Part shown: in pieces, positions 9,357-19,109 of the stretch
Layout: every line of letters begins with the position of its first letter
Numbering within the stretch: the stretch's first letter is position 1
DNA from: a virus
Lineage: Duplodnaviria; Caudoviricetes
IMG/VR virus record: IMGVR_UViG_3300028048_000001
Coordinates: 1 to 64,000 of that record
Length of the DNA stretch: 64,000 nt
Strand: one strand, 5' to 3'
Made by a program: the position numbers and the translations under genes
Notes under the pieces: model-generated
The model's input: only the letters and a program-made list of their open reading frames with translations
Databases searched by the model: none
Told to the model about the DNA's origin: nothing

Positions 9357-10295
9357 ATGTCATTTATCAAAACTGTAGACGTAAGTTCATATCAATATAA
9401 TATAGATTGGAAAAAAGTAAAAGCCGCTGGAATAGATTATGCTATTTTAAGAATAGCTACAAAAACTTCTGTAGATTCTGAATTTGAATATAATTATAGA
9501 GAAGCCAGAGCTGCTAACATTAAAGTTGGTGTATATAAATTTTGTTATGCTGATACTGTAGAAAAAGCTATTATGGAGGCCAGATCTTTAGTACTTAACG
9601 TATTGGGTATTAAAATATTAGATCTTCCAATATTTTATGATTTAGAATGGGAAAAGCAAGAATCTATGTCTAAAAAAGAATTAACAGATATAGCTGAAGC
9701 TTTTTTAAAAACTATTGAGCAAAATAGTAATTATATTCCAGCAATTTATACTGGAGCTCATTGGTATAATGCTGATAAACTAGATTTAAATAGATTGGGT
9801 AAATATGATTTTTGGATTGCTAAATATGGAAAAGATACAGGAATATATGACGAATCTATTAAACCTAATATAGATATGGCAGGATGGCAATATACTTCAA
9901 AAGGTAAAGTTGATGGTATCATGGGTAATGTTGATATGTCTATATTCTATAAGGATTATGGAATATTAGCACATTCATCTACTGGTTGGTGTCAAGAAAA
10001 TGATGGAACGTGGAGATTTTATTTATCTCCTAATAAATTTGTTTCTAATGATTGGTATAAATATAAAGATAAATGGTATTGGTTTGATCAATCTGGAACA
10101 ATGGTAACTAATACATGGTATATGTATAAAGATAAATGGTATTATTTAGGATCAGATGGTGCCATGCTAACTGGATTACAGAATATAGATGGAAAATATT
10201 ATTTCTTAAATCCTGATGGTGATATGGCTACAGAACCTGTTACGTTGACTCCTGATGATAATGGTGCATTACATTATCCTGGAATAATATTATAA
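9357..10295 (+). CDS. Endolysin: GH25 muramidase with C-terminal cell-wall/choline-binding repeats
   Basis: DVSSYQ, YDLE, WQYTSKG, GNVDM GH25 motifs; repeated WYY/WYWF...G.M units. Confidence 0.92.
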   Translation: MSFIKTVDVSSYQYNIDWKKVKAAGIDYAILRIATKTSVDSEFEYNYREARAANIKVGVYKFCYADTVEKAIMEARSLVLNVLGIKILDLPIFYDLEWEKQESMSKKELTDIAEAFLKTIEQNSNYIPAIYTGAHWYNADKLDLNRLGKYDFWIAKYGKDTGIYDESIKPNIDMAGWQYTSKGKVDGIMGNVDMSIFYKDYGILAHSSTGWCQENDGTWRFYLSPNKFVSNDWYKYKDKWYWFDQSGTMVTNTWYMYKDKWYYLGSDGAMLTGLQNIDGKYYFLNPDGDMATEPVTLTPDDNGALHYPGIIL

Positions 10296-10348
10296 AATAT
10301 AAATTAAAACCCAATAGAGTTTTCTCTATTGGGTTTATTATATTATCA

Positions 10349-10537
10349 TTAAGCATATCCTATCCAATTACATTTTTTACATATATATTTTCTTTTTGGT
10401 GGATTAGTTGTTAAAATTATTCCATTATCTACAAAAATATATTGACTACATTTTGGACATTTAATATCTGTAACTCTAAGCTTATCTTGTATAATATTTA
10501 AAGAGTTTCTTTGATTTACGAAATCAACCCATTCCAT
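10349..10537 (-). CDS. Small zinc-ribbon protein
   Basis: CPKC...CKKC; AAGGAG RBS. Confidence 0.7.
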   Translation of the reverse strand: MEWVDFVNQRNSLNIIQDKLRVTDIKCPKCSQYIFVDNGIILTTNPPKRKYICKKCNWIGYA

Positions 10538-11024
10538 TATTTTCTCCTTTATCTAATATTACACTATTTTTAATCATTTCTTGTGTGTTTTCATATGCTT
10601 TTCTTAAATCATCATTAGTAATATCAATATGATATACGTCTCCACTTCTTGCATATCCTGCACAAATACAATCACATAAATATTCAATAATATCAATTAA
10701 ATTTATATCATTTGGTACTCTTGTATTTAAATGATGCCTTTCTTCTGTAGTATGATATTTATACCAATCAGAATCTTTAAAATCTACTCCTTGTTCTTTT
10801 GCTAAAGTAAATTGAGTAAAAAATTCTCTTGCTCTTGATATTTTAGTCCAATCGTGATCTTTTCCTCTTTGAATAATTTCATTAGCAAAAGATTCCATAG
10901 TTCTTTTTACATCATTTCTGTGAGATTCCGTAGATTCCATAAATTCTTCAAAAGATATTTTTCTATTTTTATCTGCTGTTCTTGAATCTGCATTATTTGA
11001 CGGTTTAATAATTATTTTTTCCAT
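10524..11024 (-). CDS. HD-like hydrolase (DUF5662-like), paralogue of 5945-6643
   Basis: H...HDWTK...H...ERHH...EYLCD pattern. Confidence 0.6.
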   Translation of the reverse strand: MEKIIIKPSNNADSRTADKNRKISFEEFMESTESHRNDVKRTMESFANEIIQRGKDHDWTKISRAREFFTQFTLAKEQGVDFKDSDWYKYHTTEERHHLNTRVPNDINLIDIIEYLCDCICAGYARSGDVYHIDITNDDLRKAYENTQEMIKNSVILDKGENNGMG

Positions 11025-11049
11025 TTGTTTATTCCTCCTAAAAATAAAA

Positions 11050-11224
11050 ACTCAGTAGGTATATTCTACCTACTGAGATAATAATTATTCCTCTGCTAGA
11101 GGTGTCTAACAGAGGCGGCAACATGAGAATCAAATAAATATTATCCTAGAGAGAAACATGATCTTTACATGATAAGGAGAAAATAAGGCAGTTAGCACAC
11201 CTTAAAGGACAATAATATTTGATT
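11050..11224 (-). ncRNA. Putative small RNA or leader with pseudoknot, anti-SD segment and terminator
   Basis: Late-type motif at 11224-11235; hairpin CCTCTGTTAG-ACACCT-CTAGCAGAGG whose loop matches upstream AGGTGT; terminator at 11051-11077. Confidence 0.5.
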
Positions 11225-11383
11225 ATATTTTTGTTATTATATTTATAAAAATAAATTTTTAAAAAGTTAAAAATTTCAATTAATAAATATAATATTGAAG
11301 ATATATCATCTAGAAAATTTTCTAGATATGGTGAGATTATCGATTTAAATTGATTTAAATTAAGAAAAGGAGATGCAGAAGTT

Positions 11384-11620
11384 ATGAAAAGAAGAAAAAG
11401 AAAAATTAGAAAATTAATCAATTCAATCGTGGTGAGAATTATTGGTATTCTCCTTATATGGATTTCTGTAGCTATCATTTATGCAACAGATGAGCATGAT
11501 TGCACTCATCTTGTTGTAACATTACCTGTAAGCCTTATCATGATAGCATTTCCTGAAGCTTATAATCTCTTTGATTTGTGGGACAAATTCAAAGAGGAAT
11601 TTAAAGATGATTTTTTATAA
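11384..11620 (+). CDS. Small membrane protein with two predicted transmembrane segments
   Basis: Basic N-terminus followed by two hydrophobic stretches; GGAG RBS. Confidence 0.7.
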   Translation: MKRRKRKIRKLINSIVVRIIGILLIWISVAIIYATDEHDCTHLVVTLPVSLIMIAFPEAYNLFDLWDKFKEEFKDDFL

Positions 11621-11641
11621 AAAATAAAAGGAGGAAACAGA

Positions 11642-11821
11642 ATGAAAAGTGTGTTAGATGGATATCTTACCGAAGGGTGCAAAACCTGTTCCATGTGGTC
11701 TGATGGTCATGATGGCAGGCCTCTTGGATGCAACACAAACGTACCAATTGATTGGTGTCCTCATTTCAAAAAATTAATGGAGGAGGATGAAAAGAAAAGA
11801 AGAAATCTAAGTGGGGCATAA
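11642..11821 (+). CDS. Small Cys-rich protein (59 aa), not in the ORF track
   Basis: AGGAGG RBS; MKSVLDGYLTEGCKTCSMW...GC...WCPHF...; followed by a terminator hairpin. Confidence 0.75.
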   Translation: MKSVLDGYLTEGCKTCSMWSDGHDGRPLGCNTNVPIDWCPHFKKLMEEDEKKRRNLSGA

Positions 11822-11849
11822 TAGCCCCACTTAGATTTAATATTATTTT

Positions 11850-12935
11850 TTATAAATTTAATCTATCTAAATCTATAGGAATTTTATCAAAATATTTTGA
11901 TACTATTTCTTTTAAACTCATAGGATCATCTAAATCAATTAAATTTAATATTTTAAATTCTGGTTTTTCTGTAAGTAATATAAATTTAGATTGATAATGA
12001 GTATTTATAGCTCTAAATTTCATATCAAGTTCATTTCTATTACATTGTATATCCATAGCTTCTAAAACAGTATTCATAGAAGATTGAGTATATAATACCC
12101 CTTCAACTAAAAATCTATTTTTTACAGCTTGATCTATTATATGAATAGCTTTTGGAATACTTATTTTCGTATCTCCATAAATAGATCTTTCTGGCAATCT
12201 TGTCATTGTAAGAATATTCTGAAGAAAGTATGGACTTATATTAACATCTGGTTCTCTACCTTTTCTATATTCTACACAAAATCTTTTTATTAGATTATTT
12301 AAATCTGATACATAAGATAAATCTCCATTTTCTTTAGTTTTATTTGGTTTTAATATTCTTACATTATGTTCTGGTACTAATTGAAGCATTAATATATCTT
12401 TACTAATTACTAGATTCTCTGTTTCTCTTTGTTCTAATGGAGATATATAATTTATTATATAATCTACCATAGCAGATACTTCATTTGTACCAATATCAAA
12501 GAAATATATTTTAGGAATATACTGTGTAATAAGTTTTAATATTGCTAAATTATTGTTTATTAATTCAGTAATATCTGGTTTCTTTATATATGAATTAATA
12601 AATTTAGAATTATATCCTTTAATAAAAGTGTCATTTAATGTTGGACAATTTAATCCATATATAAGAAATATATTAGTAGACACTCCAATATATTTAAAAA
12701 ATTCTCTATAATGACCACACATATTTAAAACGGTAGCAGCTATTTCATATATATGTTTATATTTATAACTCCAAGCGTCTATAGAATATAGTGGTTTTAA
12801 TATAGAATTAAGATCTATAAATAAATTAATTTCTGTAGCATTAGAACCATAATAAGTTTCATTAATAATTTTAGATAATCTCGTATATTTTACAAAAGAT
12901 CCAGTGATCATTTGTTCTATTGTAAAATTATTCAT
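11850..12935 (-). CDS. 5'-3' exonuclease / T4 RNase H (FEN/PIN-like) protein
   Basis: NLFIDLNS, EVSAM and LVISKD..LQL acidic motifs in FEN order. Confidence 0.6.
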   Translation of the reverse strand: MNNFTIEQMITGSFVKYTRLSKIINETYYGSNATEINLFIDLNSILKPLYSIDAWSYKYKHIYEIAATVLNMCGHYREFFKYIGVSTNIFLIYGLNCPTLNDTFIKGYNSKFINSYIKKPDITELINNNLAILKLITQYIPKIYFFDIGTNEVSAMVDYIINYISPLEQRETENLVISKDILMLQLVPEHNVRILKPNKTKENGDLSYVSDLNNLIKRFCVEYRKGREPDVNISPYFLQNILTMTRLPERSIYGDTKISIPKAIHIIDQAVKNRFLVEGVLYTQSSMNTVLEAMDIQCNRNELDMKFRAINTHYQSKFILLTEKPEFKILNLIDLDDPMSLKEIVSKYFDKIPIDLDRLNL

Positions 12936-12956
12936 TATAATCCTATTCTTTGATAA

Positions 12957-13352
12957 TTATTTGATAATTTCTCTAAGATCAAAAGTTCCATCATCAGAAT
13001 CTTCTTTATGGATACCATAAGAAGATTTAACAGCATCTTTAAAATCTTCTCTTGTTTTAACAATATCAATAATTTTTTCTGTATTTCCAAATCCTTCTTC
13101 TAAAAGAATATGTGTAAGCTCATGAGGACCTTCTTCACTAAGAAAACTAACTCCTTTAAGCATTCTTTCTTTACCATCTGAATCTGTGGTATATTTTCTT
13201 AAATCATATTTAATTTCATTAGGTTCGCAATCTTCATCTTCACCTTTCCAAGCAATCTGAGCAAACCTAATAAATTGATTTCCTCTTTCTTCTACAATTC
13301 TATTAATTCCTCTAAAAGAATATTTAAATTCTCCATTCTTTTTAAAAGCCAT
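12957..13352 (-). CDS. PC4/YdbC-like ssDNA-binding protein
   Basis: IAW...KYDLRKY...RMLKGVSF motif. Confidence 0.65.
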   Translation of the reverse strand: MAFKKNGEFKYSFRGINRIVEERGNQFIRFAQIAWKGEDEDCEPNEIKYDLRKYTTDSDGKERMLKGVSFLSEEGPHELTHILLEEGFGNTEKIIDIVKTREDFKDAVKSSYGIHKEDSDDGTFDLREIIK

Positions 13353-13481
13353 AATTATCCTCCTATAGTAATATATAAATATTTTATTTATGTATTACTT
13401 GTATTGTAAAAAATAAATAGAGATCAGGAGTAATATTCTCCTGATCTCTATTAGAAATACTTACTTGATTGATTTTACAAA

Positions 13482-14273
13482 TTACAGTCTTTCAGTATTA
13501 ATATTGGGCATACCTTCAAATTCAGGAATCTGCATATACATACCAAGCTGTTTTGCAGCATAATTCAGATTACCACTGTTGAGTCTCATAATAATAAGAT
13601 TCCAGTTGGTAGCTTTCTGATACTGATTTACAGCACCGATAGAACCATTCGGCGTTACCTGATAATAGCACTTGCTTCCATCAGGAGCTTTATCTCCATA
13701 AATCATACGAAGAATATTAAAGATATCAAGCTTAAACACTTCAACATAGGTCCCATCATTACTCACTGTAGGTCTATAAGCCTGAGTCCAATCGAAGTTA
13801 TCTTCAATTTTTATCTGATTGTTTACTTTATTTCTAATAACAAAATCTTCAAGAATAGACTTACCATTGTCAGTAATATCGATCTTAATTCCAACAGTTG
13901 CTGCTGTTCTTGCAACTCTCTGAACTCTAGCAATCATATTATTAGTTGCCATCTCAGACATCGGAATAAATGCTGTAATAGTATTTTCATTATACTGGCT
14001 CTTATCAAGAACCTTGAAATACAGTCTCGGTACAAGAACATATGCACAATAATTAGGCATAAACGTTACATCAAGTTTGCAGCCATAATAATCTGCAAAA
14101 GCATTTCCGAAAATAGTATTAATTACTCTTCCAAGCTCATCTGTGGTTGTAATAGCTACATCTGCTACAGCATTGAAATCGGTATGTGCATCCATACCAA
14201 GCTTAAGAACTTCTACTACTTTCTCCTTCTCATTAGTTTCTTTTGTTTCGTTGGGTGTTACATTCTGTTCCAT
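13482..14273 (-). CDS. Hypothetical early protein
   Basis: AAGGAGG RBS; early-type motif at 14354-14370. Confidence 0.85.
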   Translation of the reverse strand: MEQNVTPNETKETNEKEKVVEVLKLGMDAHTDFNAVADVAITTTDELGRVINTIFGNAFADYYGCKLDVTFMPNYCAYVLVPRLYFKVLDKSQYNENTITAFIPMSEMATNNMIARVQRVARTAATVGIKIDITDNGKSILEDFVIRNKVNNQIKIEDNFDWTQAYRPTVSNDGTYVEVFKLDIFNILRMIYGDKAPDGSKCYYQVTPNGSIGAVNQYQKATNWNLIIMRLNSGNLNYAAKQLGMYMQIPEFEGMPNINTERL

Positions 14274-14353
14274 ATGGAAACCTCCTTAAATAAAATATAG
14301 TGTGTTGCATCTTGCAAGATGTATAATTATAATAATAGATTTTTCTATTATTA

Positions 14354-14370
14354 TCATTATTATAATATAT
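14354..14370 (-). promoter_or_regulatory. Early-type phage promoter motif ATATATTATAAWWRTGA (representative copy)
   Basis: Near-identical intergenic copies at 4291, 15787, 35725, 43603, 44710, 46214, 46402, 47513, 49489, 62411 (minus) and 19050 (plus), oriented with the downstream gene. Confidence 0.75.
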
Positions 14371-14377
14371 TTTTAAT

Positions 14378-15472
14378 TTAATTTTTACAAGTTAATTTTT
14401 GATCATATGCTTTTACGCAATTTAATAATCTTTCTTGTAATTGTATAGTTCGTTCTTCTGTTAATTTATACAGTGAATATATATCAACTTCATCTGAAAA
14501 TTCTGTATAAGGAATAATATAGAGTTCAGATTCTTTATCTATACATTGTAAAGTTGAAACTAATAGATATTTCATTTTAATTGCATTGAGATTAATTTCG
14601 TAAGAAAATCTTAATGGTACAGCTTTATTTATTTTGATTCCACCATATAATGTAATTAATAATAATTTTTCTTCATCATTAAGTTCTTTATTATCTTGAA
14701 GATCAATATCTACTATACTAATTCCCATTCTATTTAATAAATCTTCCATAAATCCAGATTCTAATAAAAATTTATGTAATGTATTACAATATCCGTCCAA
14801 GCATAAATTTTCATATTTATATTTTTCTTTAATAAAATCTGGTTTTGTATTACTTAAATAAAATACTCTTTGTTCAAATAATTCTTTTAAAATAGATTCG
14901 GATTCTTCATTATCTAATAGCATATTAAGATCAAAAGATGAATCTGTTTTATATACATGGCATAATCTTGAATTATTTACTCCATCATTTGTAATAAAAT
15001 CTGATAAAGCATAACCTGCTGGTAAAGTATCTAGAGTTATAGATAATCCAACCTTATCAAGTTCTCCTGCCATTTCTGCAAATATATTATTTATACCTTG
15101 TCTTGCAACAATATAAGGTTGATTTATATCTGGCATTTTTGTAACTCTATTATTTGGAAAATAAATTAATAAAATATCTCTTATTTCTCTGATTTCATTT
15201 TTAACAGAAATAATATTAGATAAAGACACTATTCCTTCTGATTTTAATAAATCATATTCAATTTTAAATTTATTATATCTTTTCTCATCAATAATCATAA
15301 ATTCATTTTCATCATCATAAAAATGGTATGTTTCATTATTAATAGCAAGTAATAAATACTTAATATCATTACTTTCTTTAATAATATTTGCTACTCTATA
15401 CATATCGAAACAATCTTCTTCTTTATTATATTTACAATAAATTTTTCCAAGTTCTGTACTAATATTATCCAT
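14378..15472 (-). CDS. Hypothetical protein
   Basis: 364-aa ORF in operon. Confidence 0.8.
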   Translation of the reverse strand: MDNISTELGKIYCKYNKEEDCFDMYRVANIIKESNDIKYLLLAINNETYHFYDDENEFMIIDEKRYNKFKIEYDLLKSEGIVSLSNIISVKNEIREIRDILLIYFPNNRVTKMPDINQPYIVARQGINNIFAEMAGELDKVGLSITLDTLPAGYALSDFITNDGVNNSRLCHVYKTDSSFDLNMLLDNEESESILKELFEQRVFYLSNTKPDFIKEKYKYENLCLDGYCNTLHKFLLESGFMEDLLNRMGISIVDIDLQDNKELNDEEKLLLITLYGGIKINKAVPLRFSYEINLNAIKMKYLLVSTLQCIDKESELYIIPYTEFSDEVDIYSLYKLTEERTIQLQERLLNCVKAYDQKLTCKN

Positions 15473-15476
15473 AATT

Positions 15477-15707
15477 TTAATTAAACCTCATCTCATCTAT
15501 CTTTTTAATATTTATTGTTCCATCATTATCTATATCTAAATTGTATATATCCAATTTATTTATTTTTGCTTTAACTATACATAATGTTGCTTCTATAATA
15601 GTATATATTGGATTTGTTCTATCATTATTGGGATTACTATTTTTAATTTCTTCATCAATTAATTTAATTACTTCATTATAATCAACTATTTTTGAATTAT
15701 TTTTCAT
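15477..15707 (-). CDS. Hypothetical protein
   Basis: Short ORF with RBS, co-oriented. Confidence 0.65.
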   Translation of the reverse strand: MKNNSKIVDYNEVIKLIDEEIKNSNPNNDRTNPIYTIIEATLCIVKAKINKLDIYNLDIDNDGTINIKKIDEMRFN

Positions 15708-15817
15708 TTAATTAATTACCTTTCTGTTTAAAATATAATAAATTAATATCAGAAGAGAGTAATCTCTCTTCTGATATTATTATACGTCATTATTATAATA
15801 TATTAATATTTATAATT

Positions 15818-16141
15818 TTAATATTCTTCATGAACAGACAACTCTATATAATAACCTTCTGTATGTGCATCTACATGAAAGTTCCTACCATATATGTTTT
15901 TACGATTGTGTAGGGTATTATTAATATAATTAAGAACTTCTTGTAATTCATTCTCATTATTAAATTTAGCTCTAATTTTAAGAATATGTCTATCATTATC
16001 AGTAATACCATGCACATTAGCAGCTGTTTTATCACCTACTATTTCATAAACAGCCATAGTATGGTCAAAGAAGTTTATAATATCATCTATCGATGAAGTA
16101 AAACCTTGGTATGTCTGTCCAATGAATTGTATTCTATCCAT
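15818..16141 (-). CDS. Hypothetical protein
   Basis: GAGG RBS; 107 aa. Confidence 0.75.
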   Translation of the reverse strand: MDRIQFIGQTYQGFTSSIDDIINFFDHTMAVYEIVGDKTAANVHGITDNDRHILKIRAKFNNENELQEVLNYINNTLHNRKNIYGRNFHVDAHTEGYYIELSVHEEY

Positions 16142-16160
16142 TAGATGTATACCTCTCTTT

Positions 16161-16304
16161 TTACATACTATTCTCTAATGCTCTACCAAATGCTGCTGCA
16201 CTTTTTTGTTCTTCTGTCATTTTACTTTCTGCTTCTTTTTCTTTCCAGTAAGCATAATAAAGAGTATGAATTTCATAAAATGGAAGAAGATCTAAATCAT
16301 GCAT
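16161..16304 (-). CDS. Small T4 gp51-like / tail-assembly-chaperone C-terminal module, possibly reached by -1 frameshift
   Basis: MHDLDLLPFYEIHTLYYAYWKEKEAE...; frame stays open upstream to 16397, overlapping the end of 16334-18553. Confidence 0.55.
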   Translation of the reverse strand: MHDLDLLPFYEIHTLYYAYWKEKEAESKMTEEQKSAAAFGRALENSM

Positions 16305-16333
16305 ACTAGCAGCACTTTTAAAGCGTTGAGAAA

Positions 16334-18553
16334 TTATGATCTTTCTGTAGGTGTAGTCGCTAATTCCACCAATCGCTGTTGCATAAAAAGCAACTGTCTA
16401 GGAGCAAGAGGCATTGCAGGAATTTCAGCTCCGCACTTTACACATTTACCAGCTGGAATTTCATATTCAACCATTCTGGTTTCAGTTGCTTTAGTAAGCA
16501 TAGAGTTAATAAGAGCAATTAATACAGAAAATTCTTTGCTATCAAAATCTTTAAGAATTTTAGCATATGTAGCAATCTTAGATTTGAAAGTTTTTCCATA
16601 ATTTCCTACATAAGCTTTCCATCCGATAGGTTCAAAATTCATGGTATCATGATTAATCTTATAAATATAATCAATATATTGAATAATCGAAATAATTGTA
16701 TTATATTTTTCTAAGAAAGGTCTATCTACAGAATTAAGTTCGTATACCATAGTAAATATAGATGGAATCTTAAGACCAATAGCAAAGTCATCATTAATAA
16801 CATTTACCACAGAATCATATTTAGCAGTATTATCTGCAGTAATTGTAGTATTCATAATTTCATTAAATTTATTTTTAATATCATCATTATTAAATTTAAC
16901 AATTTTATCGATATCAATATTATCTGTTAAAAACTGATGCTGACATTTCTGTTCTCTACAAGTCATCGGAAGGTAGTTAGACCCTTTCATAGATGCAAGA
17001 TAAAGAGCAGCAAATATAGATTCAATGTCAAGGAAAGGAATAGTTTTAGCCCAGTTCTCAATAGTAGTAGGCTTATATTCATTAGCATCATGCTCATACA
17101 TAATCTTAAGCTGTTGCTGAGTAATACCTATACTAGATTCAGAACCAGAATCATCATAATCAAAAAGAAGAGCAATTTCTGGTCCTTTAAGAGCTGAAGC
17201 TATAAATGGTCTCTCAGAATACATCATAGGCCATTTTGCAGTTCTTGTAATTTCTGTTACTCTATTTTTAAGAGCATCTTTAATAGGAATAATCTTTTTA
17301 GAAATTACAAACTGAGAAGTATCTAATTTCTTTCCTGTATTAATAATTTTCTTAAGAATTTCATTTTTAAGATTCTTTTCTCCAGCAATTCTTATTTCTT
17401 CAATCTCTTCTGGAGATAATTGAACAGCATCTTCTTCAGTTTGTGCTGCATCTTCTGTAGAATTTACATCATCAAAATCTTCTTCATCAATATCAAAATC
17501 TGAAGAAGAAGAATTAGATATAGTATCTTTTGTAACTTCTGTATCATATGTAACAGTAGAAGATACAGAAATAGCTCTATCCATCAAACTATTTCTAATT
17601 TCTTCATCTTTCTTTTCAAGAATATTTACTTGTTTTTCTTCTTTTTTTACAGGCTTTTCTTCTTCAGATGCTATATCTTTAGTATCCATCTTAGCAAATT
17701 CTTCATTATTATTAGATTCTAATTTATTTTCTTCTTCATTAAATATTTGATCTTCTCTATAATGATCATTTTTATAATCATTAATAGTTCCATCAACTAA
17801 AATTTCATCATCTTCCTCTTCTGCATAATCATCATCGTCATCATCGAAATATCCATCATTATCATTAGCAAAAGACTTTTCTTCTTTTATGTCATATTGA
17901 TTTGCAAAATAACTTTCGGTTTCAAAAGGATTAGAATTTATTTTAGCTGATATGTTTATATTATCATCTATAGTATTAGTATCTTTAAGATCCATTTCAA
18001 GATCTTTTTCTACATCATCTTCTTCATATGCATTATTATCATATTTTACATCATTTTCAACATTTTCATTATTAGAAGCGTTTTGCGTATCTTGAGGATA
18101 GTCTATAGGCATATAATTAACTTCTCCTTCTATCTTCTCAAGACCATTATCAATTTTTTCTCTATTTGTTTTATCTGCTTCTTCAGCATATTTAATAAAA
18201 TCTTGAAATTCCTGCTGTTTTCTTCTTACAGTTGCATCAAGCTGAGACATAGCATTAGATTGAACGGTTTTAATAAAACTTGGTTCATCTTTGGTTTCTT
18301 TTTTAATATAGTCATTAGGGTTGATTTGTTGAATTTCAGAAGTAGCATCTATTGTTCTTCTTGGTCTTTTTCTAAAATTTGGATTAATTCTTATATTATT
18401 AGAATTATCTTGAGTTTCTACTCCAGAAAGACCATTTGTTGTGTTAATACTAACATTTTGCTGAACAGGTCTTTTTACAGCATCTAAAGATACTGTTTGA
18501 GTAGGAGGGGTTTTAACAATATCTGTCATATTTAAATCTTTAACATTATTCAT
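16334..18553 (-). CDS. Putative baseplate hub assembly / tail chaperone protein (T4 gp26-like C-terminal half) with long acidic N-terminus
   Basis: CREQKC and CVKCG Zn knuckles, LKIPS motif, adjacent gp25-like gene. Confidence 0.5.
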   Translation of the reverse strand: MNNVKDLNMTDIVKTPPTQTVSLDAVKRPVQQNVSINTTNGLSGVETQDNSNNIRINPNFRKRPRRTIDATSEIQQINPNDYIKKETKDEPSFIKTVQSNAMSQLDATVRRKQQEFQDFIKYAEEADKTNREKIDNGLEKIEGEVNYMPIDYPQDTQNASNNENVENDVKYDNNAYEEDDVEKDLEMDLKDTNTIDDNINISAKINSNPFETESYFANQYDIKEEKSFANDNDGYFDDDDDDYAEEEDDEILVDGTINDYKNDHYREDQIFNEEENKLESNNNEEFAKMDTKDIASEEEKPVKKEEKQVNILEKKDEEIRNSLMDRAISVSSTVTYDTEVTKDTISNSSSSDFDIDEEDFDDVNSTEDAAQTEEDAVQLSPEEIEEIRIAGEKNLKNEILKKIINTGKKLDTSQFVISKKIIPIKDALKNRVTEITRTAKWPMMYSERPFIASALKGPEIALLFDYDDSGSESSIGITQQQLKIMYEHDANEYKPTTIENWAKTIPFLDIESIFAALYLASMKGSNYLPMTCREQKCQHQFLTDNIDIDKIVKFNNDDIKNKFNEIMNTTITADNTAKYDSVVNVINDDFAIGLKIPSIFTMVYELNSVDRPFLEKYNTIISIIQYIDYIYKINHDTMNFEPIGWKAYVGNYGKTFKSKIATYAKILKDFDSKEFSVLIALINSMLTKATETRMVEYEIPAGKCVKCGAEIPAMPLAPRQLLFMQQRLVELATTPTERS

Positions 18554-18578
18554 TATTTATTTTCCTCCAGGAATATTA

Positions 18579-18953
18579 TTACTTTAAAATATCAGAAAGT
18601 TCTATTGGTGTTTCACTTTCTTCTGTATCATAAATATAATTTGTATCATTAGCAGATATAATAATTTTTAAATAATGAGTAGGTTTAATTTCCATAAATA
18701 CAGTAGTTTTATTAATAAAATCATTTGGAAGATAAGTATTAATTTGATCTTGAACTCTATCTTGAAGCATATTCATATTATCTTCTGTAATAAATCTATA
18801 CTTAGGGCCTAAACCTACACCCATTGCTGGATGTAAAGGATTTTGTCCTGGTTGTAATAATAATAGTCTTAATAAAAGTAAACCATAAGCATCAGATCCT
18901 TCTACATGATCTGGAACCATAAACTCATTGGTAGTTAATAAATATTCTTTCAT
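18579..18953 (-). CDS. gp25-like baseplate wedge subunit
   Basis: LLLLQPGQNPLHPAMGVGL matches the gp25/GPW pattern; 124 aa. Confidence 0.6.
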   Translation of the reverse strand: MKEYLLTTNEFMVPDHVEGSDAYGLLLLRLLLLQPGQNPLHPAMGVGLGPKYRFITEDNMNMLQDRVQDQINTYLPNDFINKTTVFMEIKPTHYLKIIISANDTNYIYDTEESETPIELSDILK

Positions 18954-19109
18954 AAGGAAACCCTCCTTAAGATTATAATATAGTATAACATGTTAATATT
19001 TATTTTAATATATTTTTAATGATGAGTTTAAAAATAAAGAATAATGAATAGATATAATAATTATGAAAAATATAAATAATAATTTTTCAAAGATAAGGAG
19101 AAAAATAAA

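Noticed and set aside
16299-16601. Plus-strand 100-aa ORF and similar short antisense ORFs (e.g. 50890-51423, 18083-18487, 57758-58066)
   Set aside because: Antisense shadows of well-supported minus-strand genes
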